Origin: an uncultured Bacillota bacterium
Lineage (GTDB): Bacteria > Bacillota_I > Bacilli_A > RFN20 > CAG-826
DNA: 64,000 nucleotides
Assembly (NCBI GenBank): GCA_949291655.1
Contig: CASEWT010000001.1
Coordinates: forward strand, 21,709-85,708
Reading direction: 5' to 3'
A model generated the notes under the pieces. That model searched no databases, was not told the DNA's origin, and saw only the letters and a list, made by a program, of their open reading frames with translations. The position numbers and the translations under genes were made by a program. This document shows, piece after piece, positions 38,547 to 49,596 of this stretch (within the stretch, counting starts at the first letter, position 1; each line of letters starts with the position of its first letter).

Positions 38547-41500
38547 AGATCTTTTCGCGGCCATGAAGGGGCTCGGGCTCCTTGGCCCCTTTTTGGACGG
38601 GAAGCCTTTTTCGACCGACGAGGTCGTCGGTCCCTCCCTTCTTTTGGCCGAGGCCATCAAGGAGAAAGGCGGGCGTTACGCGATCGTCGAGAACAATCTT
38701 TATAGCGCCCAGTCGGCCTACGAGTTCCTTTTGAACTTCTTGCCGGAAGGGCAAGTCGTTTTCTTCCCAGGGGAGGAACTGCTCCGGGCGGAGGAAGTTT
38801 CTTCCTCGAGGGAACTGATGGCCCAGCGCCTCTATGCTTTGGGCGAGCTTCTCAAGGATGGCGACAAGATCCTCGTTACCCATCTTTCGGCTCTCCTCCG
38901 TTTCCTTCCTTCGCCTTCCGATTTCGCCCAGTCGGTCGTCTCCCTCAAGAAGGGAGGCCATTACGACGTCTCGAAGCTCCGGAACGACCTCCTTGCTCTC
39001 GGCTATCACCGGGTCAGCAAGATCGACCAGTCGCTTCAATTTGCCGTTCGGGGCGACGTTGTCGACGTCTTTTCCGTCTCGAGCCTTTACCCCTTCCGCA
39101 TCGAATTCTTCGACGACGAAATCGAGTCGATTCGCCTTTTCGACATCGCCAAGCAAACCTCGATCAAGGAAGTGGAGGAGGCCGAAATCCTCCCGGCCTT
39201 CGAGTCCTTCTATTTCGGCGACAAGCGGGAGGCGGCCGTCGAGCGCCTCAAGGCAAAGGAAAAAGAAGAGGTTTCCCGTTTGAGCGGAAACGGCCAGCAA
39301 ATCATGGCCCAAAACATCGAAAACGCAATAGACGACATCCTTTCCTCTTCCGAAAAGGGGTATTTGTACCGTTACTACGGCTTTGCCCTTGGGGAACGGA
39401 ACTCGGTCCTCTCTTACCTTCGGCCGGACTTCGTCTTTATCCCCGACAAGGCCTCCTTCGACGAAGCCGCGGCAAATTTGAGGCAAGAGGCCGACGCCTT
39501 CTACATCGAGCTTCACGAGAACCTCGTCATCCCCTCGGGGCTCGGCCAATTCATGGATGCCGACTCCGCTTTTGTTCCGGCCAGGAAAGTCAGCTACGGG
39601 AAGCGCTTCGTCGAGCAGGCCGGAGGCTACGCCTTCTACGGCCGGGAGATTTCCCTCGCCTCGACCGGCCTATCGATGGTCGGGCCCAACGTCCAGAGTT
39701 ACCTCGGGCTTGGGGAAAAGGTCGTCCTATTCGCTCCCGACGACCACCAGCGGGGCGCGCTCGAAAGCTCCCTCGAGGAGGCGGATCTCCCTTATGGGAA
39801 GACCCACGGCTTTGAGATTCCCGATGGCCGGCTTTCGATATCCGACGCTTCCCTTCAGGGCGGCTTCGAGATTCCTTCCCTCAAGCTGGCTCTCCTCTCG
39901 GCCCGGGACCTTTTCGGCGATCGAGGGAGAAGCAACCGCTTTTCCTCGCGCTTCAAAAACGCGACCATCCTCCGGACCAGCGACGACCTTCGCCCCGGCG
40001 ATTACGTCGTCCACGAAGCCTACGGCATCGGCCAGTTCCTGGAAGTGAACACTCTGGAAACCGGCGGGAAGCACCGCGATTACCTGAAAATCGCCTATGC
40101 GGGCGGGACGACTCTTTACGTTCCTCTCGAACAGTTCCGCCTCGTCCGCAAATATGCCGGCCGGGAGGGCTTCAAACCCCGCCTTTCGACCCTCGGGAAG
40201 AACGATTGGAAGAAAAAGAAGGAGAAGATCAAGGAGCGGGTCAACGACCTGGCCGATCGCCTCGTCTCCCTCTATAGCCTTCGGGCCAAGGAAAACGGCC
40301 ACGCCTTCGGCCCGGACGACGACCTCCAACGTTCCTTCGAAAACCAGTTCCCTTATCTTCTTACGCCCGACCAGGAAAAGGCCCTCGCTGAGATCAAGGC
40401 CGACATGGAGTCTCCGGAAATCATGGACCGCCTCCTTTGCGGGGACGTCGGCTTCGGGAAGACCGAGCTGGCCTTCCGGGCTTGCTTCAAATGCATCGAC
40501 GGAGGGTATCAGGCGGCCGTCCTTTGCCCGACGACCATTCTCGCCCGGCAGCATTTCGAGGTGGCCGTGCAGCGGTTTTCTTCATTTGGCGTGCGAATTG
40601 CGCAGCTTTCGCGCCTCGTAAGCGAAGAGGAGCAGAAACGGGTCGTCGAGGGGCTAAGGAAAGGGGAGATCGACCTCGTCATCGGAACCCACCGCCTTTT
40701 CGGGAAGGACGTTTCCTTTGCTAGGCTCGGCCTTCTCGTCGTCGACGAGGAGCAACGCTTCGGGGTCGAGCAAAAGGAAAAGATCAAGGAGATGAAGAAG
40801 ACGGTCGATGTATTGACCCTCTCGGCGACCCCGATTCCCCGAACCCTCCAGATGTCGCTGGTCGGCATCCGCCCTCTTTCGGAAATCAATACTCCGCCGG
40901 CTTCGAGGATGCCGATCCAGACCTATGTCATTCCCTACAAGCAATCGACTGTCAAGGAGCTGATTTCCCGCGAGCTCTCCCGGCATGGACAGGTCTTCTA
41001 CGTCCATAACCGCGTCGAGACGATTTACGCGAAGGCCTCGCAACTCGAGAAGGACGTTCCCGAATCCCGGGTCGGCGTCGTGCACGGGCAAATGGAGAAG
41101 GAGGAAATCGAGGACACCGTCGCGCGGTTCTACGGCGGCGAGCTCGACATCCTCGTCTGCACCTCGATCGTCGAAAACGGCATCGACATCCCCAACGCCA
41201 ACATGATCGTCGTCGAGAACGCCGACCGCTTCGGGCTTTCGCAGCTTTACCAGATCAAGGGGCGGGTCGGGCGCGGCGACCGCATCGCCTATGCCTACCT
41301 CACGTATCAGGAAGGCAAGAAGATGAACGAGGATGCCGCCAAGCGCCTCAAGGCCATCCAGGAATTCACCGAGCTCGGGAGCGGTTATCGGATTGCCCAG
41401 CGCGATTTGATGATCCGGGGAGCCGGGGACCTTCTTGGCCCCGAGCAGGCCGGCTTCATCGATTCGGTGGGCCTCGACCTCTATCTATCGATGCTCAACG

Positions 41501-42003
41501 AAGCGATCGAGGAACGGAAAACGGGCATCAAGAAGCCCGAGCCGAAGCCTTCTTCCGGTCCGAGCGTCGATGCCTTCATCCCCTCTTCCTACGCCTCGGC
41601 CTCCGAGAAGGTCGAGCTTTACCAAGACCTCGAGAACTGCGCGAGCATGGACGAGGTGAACAAGTGGGCCAAGAAGACCCGCGACGTCTTCGGCCCCCTT
41701 CCGAAGGAGACCGTCCTTTTGGTGGAAAAGAAGAAGATCGATCTTTATCTAGCCGAACCCATCTTCGAGAAGTTCGAGGAATACCCTGACCGCCTTTTCC
41801 TTACGATGAGTCCCGTTTTCAGCAAGGTCAATGGCATCGGGGTGGCTCTTTTCGAAGCCTTGGCTCCTTACCTTAGCCGGGTGAAGGCTTCCTTCGTCGA
41901 CCGGAAACTGCGCCTGACCTACCTCAAGGTCGGCGACTACTTCCGGACCGTCTTGGAGACCCTTCCCCTCATCGAGTTGGCGTATCGTCAACGCGCGAGC
42001 TAG
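38539..42003 (+). CDS. mfd: Transcription-repair coupling factor
   Basis: 1154 aa. UvrB-homology N-terminus, RNAP-interacting domain, SF2 helicase motifs (GDVGFGKTE, DEEQRFG), TRG motif. pth-mfd adjacency as in Bacillus. Confidence 0.95.
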   Translation: MAKDLFAAMKGLGLLGPFLDGKPFSTDEVVGPSLLLAEAIKEKGGRYAIVENNLYSAQSAYEFLLNFLPEGQVVFFPGEELLRAEEVSSSRELMAQRLYALGELLKDGDKILVTHLSALLRFLPSPSDFAQSVVSLKKGGHYDVSKLRNDLLALGYHRVSKIDQSLQFAVRGDVVDVFSVSSLYPFRIEFFDDEIESIRLFDIAKQTSIKEVEEAEILPAFESFYFGDKREAAVERLKAKEKEEVSRLSGNGQQIMAQNIENAIDDILSSSEKGYLYRYYGFALGERNSVLSYLRPDFVFIPDKASFDEAAANLRQEADAFYIELHENLVIPSGLGQFMDADSAFVPARKVSYGKRFVEQAGGYAFYGREISLASTGLSMVGPNVQSYLGLGEKVVLFAPDDHQRGALESSLEEADLPYGKTHGFEIPDGRLSISDASLQGGFEIPSLKLALLSARDLFGDRGRSNRFSSRFKNATILRTSDDLRPGDYVVHEAYGIGQFLEVNTLETGGKHRDYLKIAYAGGTTLYVPLEQFRLVRKYAGREGFKPRLSTLGKNDWKKKKEKIKERVNDLADRLVSLYSLRAKENGHAFGPDDDLQRSFENQFPYLLTPDQEKALAEIKADMESPEIMDRLLCGDVGFGKTELAFRACFKCIDGGYQAAVLCPTTILARQHFEVAVQRFSSFGVRIAQLSRLVSEEEQKRVVEGLRKGEIDLVIGTHRLFGKDVSFARLGLLVVDEEQRFGVEQKEKIKEMKKTVDVLTLSATPIPRTLQMSLVGIRPLSEINTPPASRMPIQTYVIPYKQSTVKELISRELSRHGQVFYVHNRVETIYAKASQLEKDVPESRVGVVHGQMEKEEIEDTVARFYGGELDILVCTSIVENGIDIPNANMIVVENADRFGLSQLYQIKGRVGRGDRIAYAYLTYQEGKKMNEDAAKRLKAIQEFTELGSGYRIAQRDLMIRGAGDLLGPEQAGFIDSVGLDLYLSMLNEAIEERKTGIKKPEPKPSSGPSVDAFIPSSYASASEKVELYQDLENCASMDEVNKWAKKTRDVFGPLPKETVLLVEKKKIDLYLAEPIFEKFEEYPDRLFLTMSPVFSKVNGIGVALFEALAPYLSRVKASFVDRKLRLTYLKVGDYFRTVLETLPLIELAYRQRAS

Positions 42004-42024
42004 GCGCGCATGCTAAACTAAGCC

Positions 42025-42297
42025 ATGCGCGTCGACAAGTTCCTGAAAGTCAGCCGCCTCCTCAAGCGCCGGGAAACGGCCAAGCGCCTCGCGGAAGAAG
42101 GCGGGGTCTTCCTCAACGGGAAGAAAGCCAAGCCTTCGAGCGAAGCGCAAAGCGGGGACGTGCTCACCCTATCGCTGGGACGGCACGTCTTGGAGGTCGA
42201 GATCCTCGAGGTCCGGCCCTTTGCCAACAAGGAACAAGCCGGGGCCATGTACCGCCTTGTCAAGGACACCCTAACGGAGGTAAACGAAGATGCTTAA
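42025..42297 (+). CDS. S4-domain RNA-binding protein (YabO/Hsp15-like)
   Basis: 90 aa, MRVDKFLKVSRLLKRRETAKRL...GGVFLNGKKAKPS S4 motif. Confidence 0.75.
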   Translation: MRVDKFLKVSRLLKRRETAKRLAEEGGVFLNGKKAKPSSEAQSGDVLTLSLGRHVLEVEILEVRPFANKEQAGAMYRLVKDTLTEVNEDA

Positions 42298-43540
42298 TTA
42301 CAAATTCGGGCCGGGCAACACCTATCTCCTCGCTTGCAACTACGGGGCCGAATCGATGGCCCTTCTCCATCTCATGATGGAAGCCGGGGTCAAGCCGGTC
42401 CTCGCCTTCGTCGACTACCACGTCGACCCGGCGATGGAAAAGGCCGAATCCGACCTCCGGGCCTTCGCGCTCGAAAAAGGCCTCCCCTACGAGTGCCTCG
42501 ACGTCAAGGAAGTGGCCCCGGAAGCCTCGAAGTTCGGGGAATGGAGCCGAAAGATCCGTTATGACTTCTTCAAGGCCGTCTACGAGAAGCACAAGGCGGC
42601 CGCCCTTTTCATCGCCCACGACCAAGACGACGTCATCGAGAGCTACCTCTACATGAAGGAAAAGGGCATCAAGCACCTCCGCTACGAAAGCCTTGGCAAA
42701 GTCCAAGCCAAGGAAGGGATGATTGTCGTGCGGCCGCTTCTTGCCTATAGCGGCGAAGACCTCCGCAATTACTGCGACAAGAACGGCATCCCCTATTCGC
42801 GCGACGTTTCCAACTTCGAGGCCGCTTACCTCGAGTCGACGATCCGCCGGGAAGTGGTGGACAACCTCAACGAAGTCGAGCGCGACCAGATCATGGAGGA
42901 AATGAAGAAGGAGAACGCCGAGAAGCTCTCCTTCGTGAAAAGCCTCGAGGAACGCGTGAAGACCCACGACGAACTTTGCATCCGCGAAATCATGGCCCTT
43001 TCGGAAAGCGAATTCGCCGAGACGGTCCTCGAATTCGTCAACGCTCATGCGCCGACCCATTGCACGATTACCCCGAAAATCCTCAAAGACATCCGCGCGC
43101 TGGCCCTCGATCCGAAGCCGATCATGTCCTACCGCCTTCGGGATTCCTATTACCTCGTGAAGGAATACGACGTCATCACTTTCAATAAGGACGGGTCCAA
43201 CCTCCCTTATTCCTACTTGATGGAAAAGCCGGGCCGGCTTTCCAACGAAGTCTTCGATCTCGACTTCACGATGGGAGCCGAGGACCGTGGCATCAAGCCC
43301 GAAGATTATCCGCTCACCATCCGGACGGCCCTTCCGCAGGACGTCTATAGCTACCACGGCTATGCCGTCCCCGTCCGCCGGATGTTGGTGGCCTCCGGGA
43401 TGAGCGCCCGCCTTCTTCGCGTTTGGCCCGTCTTCGTGAACAAGGACGGTAAGGTCGTTTACGTTCCCCGCTACGTCCGGGGCTTCAGCGAGTACCATAC
43501 CTCAATTCTCAAAATCCACGTGAAAGAAGAGGAAAAATAG
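42290..43540 (+). CDS. tilS: tRNA(Ile)-lysidine synthetase homologue (TilS-like PP-loop family) with a non-canonical PP-loop
   Basis: Position immediately upstream of ftsH, as tilS-(hprT)-ftsH in Bacillus. It contains a TilS-like AHDQDDVIESYL motif, but the expected SGGxDS PP-loop reads NYGAES (LLACNYGAESMALLHLM). Confidence 0.65.
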   Translation: MLNYKFGPGNTYLLACNYGAESMALLHLMMEAGVKPVLAFVDYHVDPAMEKAESDLRAFALEKGLPYECLDVKEVAPEASKFGEWSRKIRYDFFKAVYEKHKAAALFIAHDQDDVIESYLYMKEKGIKHLRYESLGKVQAKEGMIVVRPLLAYSGEDLRNYCDKNGIPYSRDVSNFEAAYLESTIRREVVDNLNEVERDQIMEEMKKENAEKLSFVKSLEERVKTHDELCIREIMALSESEFAETVLEFVNAHAPTHCTITPKILKDIRALALDPKPIMSYRLRDSYYLVKEYDVITFNKDGSNLPYSYLMEKPGRLSNEVFDLDFTMGAEDRGIKPEDYPLTIRTALPQDVYSYHGYAVPVRRMLVASGMSARLLRVWPVFVNKDGKVVYVPRYVRGFSEYHTSILKIHVKEEEK

Positions 43541-43643
43541 CGATAATCAGGGGGAAGATGGGAACTTTGACGTCTTTTGGCCGTTGCGGCCGGCCAACAA
43601 ATCGCGCCCCTGAACCTTTGATATAAATAGTGGGAGAACAACA

Positions 43644-45875
<2,232 letters not shown>

Positions 45876-45902
45876 AAGGCCGTCCGGCCTTCTTTTCGCC
45901 TT

Positions 45903-46880
45903 ATGGGAACGATTGGCGGCCTCCCGATCGAGGGAGTGGTCCTTCTAGGGCCGATGGCCGGGGTGACCTCGCTTTCCTACCGGGAGTTCATGAAGCCCTT
46001 CGGGGTTGCCCTTTCCTTCTCGGAGATGATCAGCGACTGCGCGATCGTCTACGGCAACAAGAAAACGGAGGGGTATTTCAAGACGTCCTCCATCGACCGC
46101 CCGGTCGGCCTCCAGCTTTTCGGTTCCGACCCCGAAATCTCGGCCAAAGCGGCGGGAATCCTCGAAAGCAAGGCGGACTACGATCTTCTCGACCTCAATT
46201 TCGGCTGCCCGGTCCACAAAGTGACGAAGACCGGGGCCGGCTCCTCCTTCTTGAAGGATACCGCGCGCCTCTATGAGTATGCCCGGGCCATCGTGGCAGC
46301 CTCCCACAAGCCGGTTACGGCCAAGATCCGGCTCGGCTATGACCTCGAGCACGTCAACTTCCGGGAAAACGCGGCCGCCCTCGTGGCAGCCGGGGTTTCC
46401 CTCATCACCATCCATAGCCGGACGACGTCGGAACTCTATTCCGGGACGGCCCATCACGATTGGCTGAAGGGTTTCGGCGAGGAACTCAGCATCCCCCTTT
46501 GCATCTCGGGCGACATCTTTACCCCGGAGGGCGCCATCGGGGCCATGGAGCTTACCGGCGCCTCCTACGTCATGGTTGCCCGGGGCGGGCTTGGTAACCC
46601 CCGGCTTGTTTCCAACATCAATCTCCTTGCGGAAGGAAAGGAAGTCCTTCCGGCCCCGTCTTTGACCGAAGAGGCCGCTTTTGCGAGGGATTTCATGTAT
46701 CGGCTCATCAAGGAAAAGGGCGAAAGGGTGGCCGTCAAGGAACTTAGGGGACTCCTTCCGCACTTCTTCCGAGGCTTCCGGGGCTACAAGAAAATCCGCA
46801 ACGACATCGCGACCCTTTGCTATACGGCTTCCGACCTCGAAAAGGTCCTCGCCCGGGTCGAAGCGACCGGCCGTCTCTAA
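45903..46880 (+). CDS. dusB: tRNA-dihydrouridine synthase
   Basis: 325 aa, LAPMAGVT...DLNFGCP...TIHSRT TIM-barrel Dus motifs. Confidence 0.9.
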   Translation: MGTIGGLPIEGVVLLGPMAGVTSLSYREFMKPFGVALSFSEMISDCAIVYGNKKTEGYFKTSSIDRPVGLQLFGSDPEISAKAAGILESKADYDLLDLNFGCPVHKVTKTGAGSSFLKDTARLYEYARAIVAASHKPVTAKIRLGYDLEHVNFRENAAALVAAGVSLITIHSRTTSELYSGTAHHDWLKGFGEELSIPLCISGDIFTPEGAIGAMELTGASYVMVARGGLGNPRLVSNINLLAEGKEVLPAPSLTEEAAFARDFMYRLIKEKGERVAVKELRGLLPHFFRGFRGYKKIRNDIATLCYTASDLEKVLARVEATGRL

Positions 46881-46897
46881 GGGAAGCGAACCGTCCT

Positions 46898-46922
46898 AGG
46901 CCCTCTGTAAGGGCTTTTTTGA
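46898..46922 (+). terminator. Rho-independent terminator after dusB
   Basis: GCCCT CTGTA AGGGC followed by TTTTTT. Confidence 0.6.
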
Positions 46923-46960
46923 TTTGGGCCCTTGCCTTGTTTTTAAAGGCGGTTAAAATA

Positions 46961-46973
46961 ACCAACGTTTGGT
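46961..46973. promoter_or_regulatory. Palindrome ACCAA-cgt-TTGGT upstream of the MarR gene (candidate operator)
   Basis: Inverted repeat about 15 nt upstream of the MarR start. Confidence 0.4.
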
Positions 46974-46987
46974 AGCGAACTAATTGT

Positions 46988-47452
46988 ATGGAAACGAAAC
47001 CGTTGGGCGTTGAAATCAAGATTACGGAGCGGGCAATCAAGCGCTTCGTCGATGGGCAAATGCAGCCGGTCTTCCCGAACCTTTCGGGGACCGAGGGCAT
47101 GATGCTGAGGACCATTTCCCGGCACGAGGGCGGAAGGACGACCGCCAACGAGATCATGGCGACGAGCCGCGTCAACAAGTCCTCGACGTCCCAGATGCTC
47201 TCCCAGCTGATCCGCAAGGGCTACATCACCGCGGAACTCGATCCCCGCGACAAGCGGAAGAAAATCATCTCCCTCACTCCGAGCGGGGCCCTGGCCGTGA
47301 GCGCCATGAAGCAAGTGCTCGCCGACTGCGAGGAGCAAATGGCGGCCGGGCTGAGCGAGGAAGAAGTGGGTACTTTCCGGGCGTCCTTGGCCCGAATCAG
47401 GGAAAACTGCCTCCGGGGAACTAAGGAGGCCAACGAGGAGGAAGGCAAATGA
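46988..47452 (+). CDS. MarR-family transcriptional regulator
   Basis: 154 aa winged HTH (LSGTEGMMLRTISRHEGGRTTANEIMATSRVNKSSTSQMLSQLIRKGYI). The stop overlaps the ABC1 start (ATGA). Confidence 0.85.
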   Translation: METKPLGVEIKITERAIKRFVDGQMQPVFPNLSGTEGMMLRTISRHEGGRTTANEIMATSRVNKSSTSQMLSQLIRKGYITAELDPRDKRKKIISLTPSGALAVSAMKQVLADCEEQMAAGLSEEEVGTFRASLARIRENCLRGTKEANEEEGK

Positions 47453-49596
47453 AGACCATCAAGCAGTTAATCGGGTTTGTGCATGGCTATTGGCGGGAGA
47501 CGCTCCTGACGTGGGCCATGGTTTTCATCGAGACAGCTTGCGAGATTCTCGTTGCCTTCTTTACCCAGTACGTCGTCAATTCGGTCCGGCAGGCCGCCGA
47601 GACGGCCAATCCGCAGGAAGGCCTCAACAACCTCTATATGTACGCCGGCATCATCGCCGGGCTTGCGATCGTCGCGGCCGTCACCGGCATCGCGGCCGGC
47701 TACTGGGCTGCCGCCAGCGCGGCCGGCTTCGCCAAGAACCTCCGGGAAGCGATGTTCGTGAAGATCCAGTCGTATTCGTTCAAGAACATCGACCGCTTCT
47801 CGACTTCCTCGATCGTTACCCGGACGACGACCGACGTCACCAACGTCCAGAACGCCTTCATGCAGATCATCAGAGCCGTCATGCGGGCGCCCTTCATGAT
47901 GATCTTCGCCACGGTCATGTGCTTCGTCACCGCTTGGCAGCTGGCGTGGATTTTCCTCATCATCATCCCAATCGTCCTTTTCCTCCTCATCTTCATCGCG
48001 AAGTTCGTCCACCCGACCTTCGAGAAAATCTTCACGACCTACGACACCCTCAACCAAGAGGTTCAGGAGAACGTCGACGGCATTCGGGTCGTCAAGAGCT
48101 TCAACCGCGAGGAATACCAAAAGGCCAAGTTCGGCAAGGTATCGAAGTTCATCTACGATTCCTTCATCTATGTCGAGCGGATCCTTTCCTTCAATAGCCC
48201 AATCATGCAGGGAACCGTCTTCTTGGCCATCCTCCTCATTTCCTACCTCTGCTCGGAAATCATCGTCTCGAGCGGGGCGGCGGCCCTCGACGTCGGCGCC
48301 CTTTCGACGCTGGTCTCTTACACGATGATGATCATGATGAGCCTCATGCTCATCTCGATGGTTTACGTCATGATCATCATTGCCCGGAACTCGGCAGAGC
48401 GAATCGTCGAGATCATCGACGAAGAACCCGACATCAAGAGCTCGAAAGCCGAGGCCGAGGCGCTTGCCGAGGGAAGGGTTTCCTTCCGCGAAGGGCGCGT
48501 CAATATCGAAGCGGGCGAGCTGAAGGTCGAGGAAGAGGTAACGATCCCCTTCTTCCTGTCCGGCTCTCGGGCCGTGATCGATGCCCCGAGGGGCGCGAAG
48601 GAACGCTTGAGGGCGGTCCTTACCTCGCGCTTTTATGCCCCGGAAGGAAAAGAGCTTACCGGCATCCCGACCAAAATCGAGGGCAATGTCCTCACGGCCG
48701 TCTATGGCGGGAGCGAGAAGTCCATCTCCCTTCCTGACGTCGAACTCTCGGTCGGGACGGAGTCCGCGATCGATCTCGAAGACGGGGTCAAGCTTTGCCT
48801 TCGGGCCCAAATCGAGAAAGTCGGCGGGGCCGTGACGACGGTCAAGGACGGCCAGGTCGACTTCGACCACGTGAGTTTTGAGTACAACGAAGGGAAGCCA
48901 GTCCTTCATGACATCGACCTCCACTTCAAGCCGGGCGAGACGATTGGCATCATCGGCCCGACCGGTTCTTCGAAGACGACCCTCGTCTCTCTATTGGCCC
49001 GCCTTTACGACGTTACCGAAGGCTCGGTGAAGATCGGCGGGGTCGACGTCCGGGATTACGACATCAAGTGCCTCCGCGATGCGGTTGCCGTCGTTCTCCA
49101 GAAAAACACCCTCTTCACCGGGACGATCCGAAGCAACCTCCTTTGGGGCAACGAATACGCGCCCGACGAGGAAATCTGGCGGGCTTGCGACCTCGCTCAG
49201 GCGACGCCTTTCATCAAAGGCTTCGCCGACGGCCTCGATCACCCGATCGCCGAAGGCGGGACGAATGTTTCGGGCGGGCAAAAGCAACGGCTTTGCATCG
49301 CGAGAGCCCTTCTCAAGAACCCGAAGATCCTAATCCTCGACGACTCGACTTCGGCTTGCGACACCCATACCGACGCGATGATCCGCGAAGGGCTCGCGAA
49401 CAGCCGGAAGGACGTCACCAAGTTCATCATCGCCCAGCGGGTCCTCTCGGTCCGCGATTGCGACCATATCCTGGTCATCGACGAAGGGCGGATCATCGCG
49501 AACGGAAACAATACCGAGCTCATGGAAAACTGCAACGTCTATCGTGAACTCTACGAATCCCAGCTGAAAGGAGGCGACTTCGATGCCGCGGAATAA
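47449..49596 (+). CDS. ABC exporter half-transporter (6-TM permease + ATPase) with an insertion of about 110-120 aa before the NBD
   Basis: The type I exporter TMD is followed, after the usual EEPDI linker, by an extra segment (AEGRVSFREGRVNIEAGELKVEEEV...GGAVTTVKDGQVDFDHVSFEY). Then come Walker A GPTGSSKTT, LSGGQKQR and Walker B ILILDDSTSA. The protein is 715 aa against about 580 aa for a typical exporter. Confidence 0.88.
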   Translation: MKTIKQLIGFVHGYWRETLLTWAMVFIETACEILVAFFTQYVVNSVRQAAETANPQEGLNNLYMYAGIIAGLAIVAAVTGIAAGYWAAASAAGFAKNLREAMFVKIQSYSFKNIDRFSTSSIVTRTTTDVTNVQNAFMQIIRAVMRAPFMMIFATVMCFVTAWQLAWIFLIIIPIVLFLLIFIAKFVHPTFEKIFTTYDTLNQEVQENVDGIRVVKSFNREEYQKAKFGKVSKFIYDSFIYVERILSFNSPIMQGTVFLAILLISYLCSEIIVSSGAAALDVGALSTLVSYTMMIMMSLMLISMVYVMIIIARNSAERIVEIIDEEPDIKSSKAEAEALAEGRVSFREGRVNIEAGELKVEEEVTIPFFLSGSRAVIDAPRGAKERLRAVLTSRFYAPEGKELTGIPTKIEGNVLTAVYGGSEKSISLPDVELSVGTESAIDLEDGVKLCLRAQIEKVGGAVTTVKDGQVDFDHVSFEYNEGKPVLHDIDLHFKPGETIGIIGPTGSSKTTLVSLLARLYDVTEGSVKIGGVDVRDYDIKCLRDAVAVVLQKNTLFTGTIRSNLLWGNEYAPDEEIWRACDLAQATPFIKGFADGLDHPIAEGGTNVSGGQKQRLCIARALLKNPKILILDDSTSACDTHTDAMIREGLANSRKDVTKFIIAQRVLSVRDCDHILVIDEGRIIANGNNTELMENCNVYRELYESQLKGGDFDAAE

